DNA of 64,000 nt from Stegostoma tigrinum (taxonomy: Eukaryota), in NCBI RefSeq assembly GCF_030684315.1, contig NC_081360.1, forward strand, positions 43,967,424 through 44,031,423, in the 5' to 3' direction. The notes below the pieces were generated by a model. The model searched no databases. It saw only the letters and a list, made by a program, of their open reading frames with translations, and was not told where the DNA came from. Shown here one piece after another: positions 62,101-64,000 of this stretch (position 1 is its first letter; the number at the start of each line of letters is the position of its first letter). A program made the translations under genes and the position numbers.

Positions 62101-62771
62101 CATACATCCCTCGGTCCCTCTGCCTTTGTTCCTACTCGAAGAAATTCTTAAAATCTACCTAGCTGACCAAACATTTCAGTCATTTGCAATAACATTTCCT
62201 TATGCGATTTTACTTGGTTTTTGGAGCTGCTCCAGTGAATCGACTTTGGTATCTTTTATTACATTATAGAGATTGTTTATATATAGATTGTTATTGTAGT
62301 GACTTTTGTTATCACTTAGAAATTCATGGGCTTCATTTCAGGTTGAGGTCATGAAGAAGACTGGCGAACTAGAATATCCAGAACTGTTCACAAAGTCGGA
62401 CAGTAGCAGAGAAGCAAAGATGCAACTTAGACACCATCAAGAAAAGCAGTCACATGTGAGCCATTTGTACAAATTGTCCCTCACGCTGGCAATGGATATC
62501 ATCTCCATTACTCAGCAATCTGTAAGTTATTTTTAGATTGTACAGAAAATTTTCCGTTGTGACACATAGAGGTGTATCTTATCTCTAGCCGGCTTACCTT
62601 TGATCATTTTCTTTTGAGTAGAAATTCATTGAGGCTTCAGTGGATTCTCTACAGCAAAAACTGAAAGCTTTAGAGACTGAGAGTGTACAATGGAGTGCAA
62701 AGGCAGATCAATATGGAGAAAAACTGGAAACAAATTTGCATTATTGTACCATGAAAGAAGAAATAAATGAG
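22..62771 (+). CDS. CCDC141: CCDC141 (coiled-coil domain-containing 141 / CAMDI), internal part of a multi-exon gene; 15 exons in window, gene continues beyond both ends
   Basis: Exons 22-213, 377-485, 3862-4115, 7596-7715, 10870-11064, 15923-16095, 23417-23552, 25158-25277, 28013-28204, 31998-32171, 47554-47733, 50409-50534, 54485-54673, 62342-62521, 62622-62771 splice into one open frame of 830 codons. Peptides such as [45 protein letters not shown] and ALKKQQL match human CCDC141 as I recall it (approximately human exons 3-17). Confidence 0.93.
377..485 (+). CDS. CCDC141: CCDC141 window exon 2 ([36 protein letters not shown])
   Basis: ttttAG acceptor; 109 nt; donor AAG|GCAAGT (GC donor) gives the phase 1 required by the next exon. 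Confidence 0.88.
1380..1830 (-). mobile_element. Degenerate CR1-type LINE 3' fragment
   Basis: Reverse-strand CR1 3' region pattern; boundaries approximate. Confidence 0.5.
2400..3810 (+). mobile_element. Degenerate CR1/HER1-like LINE (RT region to 3' tail)
   Basis: aactataagccggttagcttgacatct (NYKPVSLTS), cagcatggc...gggaaa region, HLE motif, 3' tail cttctgcttctaatacttatggtct ending about 50 bp before exon 3. Confidence 0.75.
3862..4115 (+). CDS. CCDC141: CCDC141 window exon 3 ([17 protein letters not shown]...QWDQQVDK)
   Basis: tttcAG acceptor; lies in ORF 3819..4145; donor AAG|gtacgg, with an in-frame alternative CAG|gtagat 9 nt upstream. Confidence 0.9.
4704..5047 (+). repeat. Diverged ~63-bp direct repeat (about 4704-4768 and 4985-5047) in a GAGT-rich tract
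   Basis: atggctgtgtgcatgggtgagtgaatgattcagtg...gagtgagtgattgtgaag occurs twice about 280 bp apart. Confidence 0.7.
5060..5540 (+). mobile_element. CR1/HER1-like LINE 3' end, fairly young
   Basis: ORF 5031..5453 ends with RRMRGDPIE...[12 protein letters not shown]...FKMEIDRFL, a typical CR1 ORF2 C-terminus; tail tatgtcttatggtcttatgg. Confidence 0.9.
5647..5820. mobile_element. Fold-back Penelope-tail mini-element (family B)
   Basis: 47-bp inverted arms 5675-5721 and 5774-5820 (1 mismatch), actgcagatgctg tail, partial hammerhead (GAAACGTT on - strand) in the loop. Confidence 0.8.
7596..7715 (+). CDS. CCDC141: CCDC141 window exon 4 ([40 protein letters not shown])
   Basis: aAG acceptor, 120 nt open, donor CAG|gtaagt; spectrin-like W...LGSSL motif. 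Confidence 0.88.
7931..8155 (+). mobile_element. tRNA-derived SINE; related copies at about 27500-27710 (+) and 63625-63815 (-)
   Basis: A-box-like tagctcagttggc head, ggttcanttcc B-box-like motif and a gttaaaccacca core shared by three copies. Confidence 0.65.
8390..8930 (+). mobile_element. Gypsy-type LTR retrotransposon 5' relic (LTR end, PBS, gag start)
   Basis: ...gagCA followed directly by TGGTGTCAGAAATGG (8493; tRNA-Leu-type PBS); downstream decayed gag-like text ([11 protein letters not shown]...NYGIAIDL). Confidence 0.6.
9580..10320 (+). mobile_element. Degenerate CR1 3' fragment interrupted by an old Penelope-tail insertion (about 9640-9755)
   Basis: CR1 C-terminal motifs and ctacttctgctcctatgt tail; the insert ends ccagcatctgcagttct and is flanked by aaagtaatgatg/aaagtgatgatg. 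Confidence 0.6.
10870..11064 (+). CDS. CCDC141: CCDC141 window exon 5 ([13 protein letters not shown]...EFFNSANK)
   Basis: tatAG acceptor, 195 nt, donor AAG|gttagt; overlaps ORF 10876..11076. Confidence 0.92.
11121..11150. repeat. (TA)n microsatellite
   Basis: Direct reading. Confidence 0.95.
12005..12100 (+). mobile_element. Short Penelope tail (family A) with an inactivated hammerhead
   Basis: ctctCTGACGAagtgcctaggcccAAAAcatcagcttttgtgctcctgagatg...; homologous to 18160-18290. Confidence 0.85.
12450..14240 (+). mobile_element. Two degenerate CR1 3' fragments (about 12450-13280 and 13840-14240)
   Basis: [18 protein letters not shown] and IEVYKMLNG motifs; tail tgactctatgactat. Confidence 0.7.
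14703..14910 (+). mobile_element. Young CR1 3' end; near-identical copy at about 29797-29977
   Basis: ggacgttggatgccttcaaggcagagat...cctatgtcttatggtcttat present at both loci with few differences. Confidence 0.88.
15923..16095 (+). CDS. CCDC141: CCDC141 window exon 6 ([13 protein letters not shown]...LLSKIDPQ)
   Basis: aacAG acceptor, 173 nt, donor AG|gtaggg, phase 2. Confidence 0.9.
17300..17830 (-). mobile_element. Non-LTR retrotransposon RT fragment (CR1/L2 group)
   Basis: ORF 17340..17663 with LKTCSPEL...SGIY...[14 protein letters not shown], an RT N-terminal region. Confidence 0.75.
18257..18288 (-). ncRNA. Minimal type I hammerhead ribozyme motif in the Penelope pLTR
   Basis: - strand cuCUGAUGAagggucuaggcccGAAAcgUCag: intact core boxes, helix II, palindromic ACGU in place of helix III. 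Confidence 0.8.
18511..20958 (-). CDS. Penelope-like RT-GIY-YIG endonuclease polyprotein (N-terminally truncated, uninterrupted)
   Basis: [49 protein letters not shown]; Cys-rich linker CNRRKCYTC...FTC; VVYCIHC..C...YIGET.R.L..R..EH GIY-YIG motif. Confidence 0.93.
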   Translation of the reverse strand, partial: KDADGTPPTADADGTPPTADDIIAPPTTSTACNPRGDSHPEPCRIFTIPPDLPLTEDERSVLSKGLTFVPLQPHINEYQSRSDIEQFFRRLRLHAYFFNREPNPPSTDPFTRFQHKSSSWTPPPGLLPSLDLFISNCRRDINRLNLSTPLTHSNLSPAERAALRSLRSNPNLTIKPADKGGAVVVWRTDLYIAEARRQLSDTTSYRLLDHDPTPEHQTIISNTIHDLITSGDLPPTASNLIVPQPRTARFYLLPKIHKPACPGRPIVSACSCPTELISTYLDSIFSPLVQELPTYVRDTTHALHLLQDFQFPGPQHLIFTMDVQSLYTCIPHGDGLKALRFFLSRRPDQAPSTDTLIRLAELVLTLNNFSFDSSHFLQTKGVAMGTRMGPSYACLFVGYMEQSIFRTYTGPKPHLFLRYIDDCIGAASCSPEELEQFIHFTNTFHPNLQFTWAISSTSLTFLDRSVSISGNQLVTDVHFKPTDSHSYLEYTSSHPPSCKNSIPYSQFLRLRRICSHDKTFHSRTSQMSKFFKDRNFPPTVIENALDRVSRISRDTSLTPRPRHNRPKRIPLVLTHHPTNLRIQRIILRHFRHLQSDPTTQDIFPSPPLSAFRRDHSLRDSLVRSTLPSNPTTPGTFPCNRRKCYTCPHTSSLTPIPGPKMTFHIKQRFTCTSANVVYCIHCTRCGFLYIGETKRRLGDRFAEHLRSVRNKQLHLPVANHFHSPSHSLDDMSIMGLLHCHNDATRRLQEQQLIFRLGTLQPYGINVDFTSFKISPSPTASLNQPSSSPPPTAPHNQPSSSPPPTASQNQSNLSLPP
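23417..23552 (+). CDS. CCDC141: CCDC141 window exon 7 ([22 protein letters not shown]...FDEHFEK)
   Basis: tttcAG acceptor, phase-2 entry matches exon 6, 136 nt, donor AAG|gtataa; not in the supplied ORF track. Confidence 0.9.
25158..25277 (+). CDS. CCDC141: CCDC141 window exon 8 ([40 protein letters not shown])
   Basis: tcaAG acceptor, 120 nt, donor AAG|gtaatt. Confidence 0.9.
25641..25783. other. Assembly gap (143 N)
   Basis: Run of n. Confidence 1.
28013..28204 (+). CDS. CCDC141: CCDC141 window exon 9 ([13 protein letters not shown]...AFLKQAEE)
   Basis: tttcAG acceptor, 192 nt, donor GAG|gtgaat. Confidence 0.9.
31065..31366 (+). mobile_element. tRNA-headed SINE (SacSINE1/Deu-like, degenerate)
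   Basis: tggctcaatggtaatgtcactgg head, ttcaaatctca B-box-like motif, tail catcccatgaatgaat related to LINE-type ends at about 32360-32510 and 46870-47160. Confidence 0.55.
31851..31924 (+). repeat. Perfect 36-bp tandem duplication
   Basis: atgatttgtaagctacatgaaatatttcagttcccc x2 (31851-31886, 31887-31922). Confidence 0.97.
31998..32171 (+). CDS. CCDC141: CCDC141 window exon 10 ([12 protein letters not shown]...[13 protein letters not shown])
   Basis: atcAG acceptor, 174 nt; best donor is ATG|GCAAGT (GC, phase 0); a weaker in-frame GT donor GCA|gtaaat lies 9 nt upstream. Confidence 0.83.
34216..34358. mobile_element. Fold-back Penelope mini-element (family A), 17-bp TSD
   Basis: Perfect 53-bp arms 34215-34267 and 34273-34325, 5-nt loop, 33-nt tail; TSD acagatcacatctattg at 34199-34215 and 34359-34375. 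Confidence 0.93.
35767..36062 (+). mobile_element. HE1-like (V-SINE) tRNA-derived SINE
   Basis: ggcacggtggcacagtggttagc head, ctgtgtggagtttgcacattctccc V-domain, CR1-type tail gggattctgttatctatga. Confidence 0.88.
37836..37985. mobile_element. Short fold-back Penelope tail (family C) with + strand hammerhead motif
   Basis: aagaactgcagatgttggagtc tail, then CTGAAGAagggtcctgactcGAAAtgtc...gtgttatc. Confidence 0.75.
38427..38458 (-). ncRNA. Minimal hammerhead motif
   Basis: CUGAUGAagggucuaggccuGAAAcgUC on - strand. Confidence 0.75.
40059..40090 (+). ncRNA. Minimal hammerhead motif on the host sense strand
   Basis: ctCTGATGAagggtctaggcctGAAAtgTCag. Confidence 0.7.
40838..41036. mobile_element. 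Fold-back Penelope mini-element (family A), 15-bp TSD
   Basis: 80-bp arms 40872-40951 and 40956-41035 (3 mismatches), 4-nt loop inside hammerhead helix II; TSD atagtgtgacacagg at 40823-40837 and 41037-41051. Confidence 0.93.
41086..41110. repeat. (GT)n microsatellite
   Basis: Direct reading. Confidence 0.95.
42445..42602. mobile_element. Penelope tail (family B) with a short inverted hammerhead segment
   Basis: agaactgcagttgttggaga...agttaacattttgagttcagtgg / ccactggactcaaaatgttaact. Confidence 0.7.
42660..43330 (-). mobile_element. CR1 3' end with a nested fold-back Penelope tail (about 42747-42921)
   Basis: tagagtcatagag tail; the insert has inverted arms and flanking tcctaaattaa at 42731-42741 and 42922-42932. 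Confidence 0.8.
43493..43597 (+). mobile_element. 105-bp Penelope tail insertion (family A), 7-bp TSD
   Basis: cGAAAcgtcag...gcagttcccattat; ctatgaa at 43486-43492 and 43598-43604. Confidence 0.85.
44150..44297 (+). mobile_element. Penelope tail (family D) with a hammerhead remnant lacking GAAA
   Basis: agctCTGATGAagagttatctagattc-GTCagct...; related copy at about 52725-52850. Confidence 0.6.
45860..45960 (+). mobile_element. 101-bp hammerhead-bearing mini-insertion (family E) inside a CR1 fragment (about 45770-46180)
   Basis: cacCTGATGAaggggctatgctctGAAAgcttg; TSD actcagcaagta at 45848-45859 and 45961-45972. Confidence 0.8.
46375..46532 (+). mobile_element. 3' half of HE1-like SINE
   Basis: ggattggccatgctaagttgccc...gggattctatgattctatga. 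Confidence 0.75.
47554..47733 (+). CDS. CCDC141: CCDC141 window exon 11 ([11 protein letters not shown]...[12 protein letters not shown])
   Basis: ttttttcAG acceptor, 180 nt, donor AAG|gtaaga. Confidence 0.9.
48255..49000 (-). mobile_element. Degenerate L1/Tx1-clade LINE ORF2 C-terminal fragment; adjacent GC-rich imperfect repeats at 48020-48200
   Basis: ORF 48269..48589 with LFPGTHT..NI...W..INSVKEAL...ECYRLA.SK..DYVLR..LK.G...AK.QWGKT; similar material at about 53060-53620. Confidence 0.6.
50409..50534 (+). CDS. CCDC141: CCDC141 window exon 12 ([14 protein letters not shown]...KAKPRLQ)
   Basis: gttcAG acceptor, 126 nt, donor CAG|gtaagg. Confidence 0.9.
50575..51189. mobile_element. HE1-like SINE (+) with a full HE1-like SINE (-, about 50740-51050) nested in it
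   Basis: ggggcagcacggtggctcagtg head at 50575; inverse head gagccaccgtgctgctcc at about 51050; outer tail resumes to ctatgatctatgatcta. Confidence 0.85.
54485..54673 (+). CDS. CCDC141: CCDC141 window exon 13 ([12 protein letters not shown]...VKFHKTTEE)
   Basis: Tandem acceptor cTAG-CAG, 189 nt from the first AG, donor GAG|gtatgt. Confidence 0.9.
55000..55303. mobile_element. Fold-back pLTR of a second Penelope lineage (family F), 15-bp TSD, two hammerhead motifs
   Basis: 74-bp arms 55039-55112 and 55232-55305; 39-nt tail; internal 21-bp tandem acaggaaatgacatcaccaac; TSD ccaaaatgtaaatta at 54985-54999 and 55304-55318. Confidence 0.88.
55230..55267 (+). ncRNA. Hammerhead motif on the host sense strand
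   Basis: caCTGATGAtgttacctagaatggtgacGAAAtgTCtg; 6-bp helix II gttacc/ggtgac. Confidence 0.75.
55930..56510 (+). mobile_element. L2-like 3' end with nested Penelope tail (about 56227-56326); another L2-like end at about 61800-62300
   Basis: cttttggtcatctgccctaa...aagggtgctgtatggatgcaagttgtt tail; insert gttCTGAGGAagggtcacccaacctGAAAcattaac. Confidence 0.6.
58047..58150 (+). mobile_element. Penelope tail (family B)
   Basis: gaggaagggtcactgaccctaaacgttaactctg...cagcaactttgtttttgtt. Confidence 0.8.
58452..58580 (-). mobile_element. Penelope tail (family C) ending at the 5' edge of its hammerhead
   Basis: - strand tttCTGAAGAagggtcctcacccGAAAcatcagc...ttactatctc. Confidence 0.8.
60789..61398. 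repeat. Perfect 29-bp inverted repeat, 552-bp spacer
   Basis: gcttcagtgatgcctcccatgacagtcct (60789-60817) and its exact reverse complement (61370-61398). Confidence 0.95.
62342..62521 (+). CDS. CCDC141: CCDC141 window exon 14 ([12 protein letters not shown]...[10 protein letters not shown])
   Basis: tttcAG acceptor, 180 nt, donor TCT|gtaagt. Confidence 0.9.
62622..62771 (+). CDS. CCDC141: CCDC141 window exon 15 ([14 protein letters not shown]...[10 protein letters not shown])
   Basis: Follows a 100-bp intron; gtAG acceptor, 150 nt open, donor GAG|gttagt; not in the ORF track. Confidence 0.88.
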
Positions 62772-64000
62772 GTTAGTTAAAAAAAAAGTTTTGAAAAATA
62801 AAATCAGTTGGTTTAAGACATTGGTGTGTTGGATGAGGAATGTGCAGATTGCCAAATCTTGCGAATTTTCACTTTAATTAAATATGCAAACTCTCACCAC
62901 TAAAGTTAATGTCCTGGAGTGCTCTTTTTTCCATATTCTGATATTTGAATTGTGCTGCCAGCTGAAGACTGTTTTTACAATTATAGATAAAGCCTTGGAA
63001 AAGGAAATACATGATATTGACTAAAGAATGATTTTAAAAGTGGCCTTTATTATTTTAACATTAATGGGGAGAAATTAGTCCTTGCAGAGCCCATTTCTGG
63101 GTGGAAAACCAGCAAATGGAAGCAGTTTAAGGACCAACATGCCATACTTGATTTGTGCAATTGCAAGAGCTAAACCATGCAAGTATCCTCGATGGCTACT
63201 TGAAGTTGAAATTAGACCCCTTAGGTATATGAGTATAGAGGCTTAATTCCTGATTAAGAACCTTTTAAGGAACTTCAGGGGCACTGAAACACTCATTGTT
63301 TTGGCTCCAAATGGTGCTCATCCATTCATTCTTAAAAGGACTGCTGAGAACTGTTAACCACCAAGGTAAGTATGTTTTTTTGAAGTTTACTTTTCTATGG
63401 AGCCAGCGGGATTACAAGTACATGCTTTCGATCCACAGCTGTATTTAGCGAACTGGCAGCTGGTTCTTGATCATAACACTGCCCCTCTCCCGGATCCCAT
63501 CCTACTTCTGACCTGGGTATCAGGCTGCATTCCCTACCTCTCTCCTGCCTGCATATTGGTCTGTGCACCCACTCCCCACCCCAACTGGTTATATGTGAAT
63601 GCCCAAATTAAAACAGTCGCCATAGTCTGACCAGGCCACAGGCCTACTTTCTCATCAGAGAGAGACAAGTGGTGGAGATTTAACCTGACGGTCACTACAC
63701 CACAGGCGAGGGGAAAGATTGAGAAGGAGAGTCCTTCATGGTAACTTTAGCTGGTGTGGGGATTGAACCTGTTCTGTCAGCCTCATACTGCTTCACAAAC
63801 CAACTGTCCAGCCCATAGAATACCCACTAGAATAGAATGGGAAACCAACTGTCTATAGAATAGGCCCCGATGAATTGAAATGGTGGAGTATACATCCTTG
63901 ATATTTTGCAGGCTTCAGTTCGCAGATTTTGATGGTGGCCATCTTTATTCTTCCCTTTGGATAAGCATGTCGTTTTCCCAAACACTGTATTAATGAGGGA

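Overview
Eukaryotic (vertebrate) genomic DNA, most likely a shark or other elasmobranch, inferred from HE1-like SINEs, CR1/HER1-like LINEs and shark-type Penelope tails. The whole window lies inside one + strand gene, CCDC141 (spectrin-like coiled-coil protein). I reconstructed 15 consecutive internal coding exons (2490 nt, 830 codons, frame continuous; no start or stop in the window). Two of the introns appear to use GC donors. The introns are filled with mobile DNA. There is a young, 5'-truncated Penelope-like element (RT plus GIY-YIG, with a 5' inversion and TSD), a 1.8 kb palindromic Penelope copy, and more than ten short Penelope-tail insertions. Many of the short ones are TSD-flanked fold-back hairpins whose breakpoints cluster in a minimal hammerhead ribozyme motif. 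Also present are many CR1/L2/Tx1 LINE fragments, tRNA-derived SINEs, a Gypsy PBS/gag relic, and a decayed ~8.8 kb LTR element with PBS, PPT, gag-like and env-like remnants. One 143-N assembly gap is present. Family names come from recalled motifs, not database searches.
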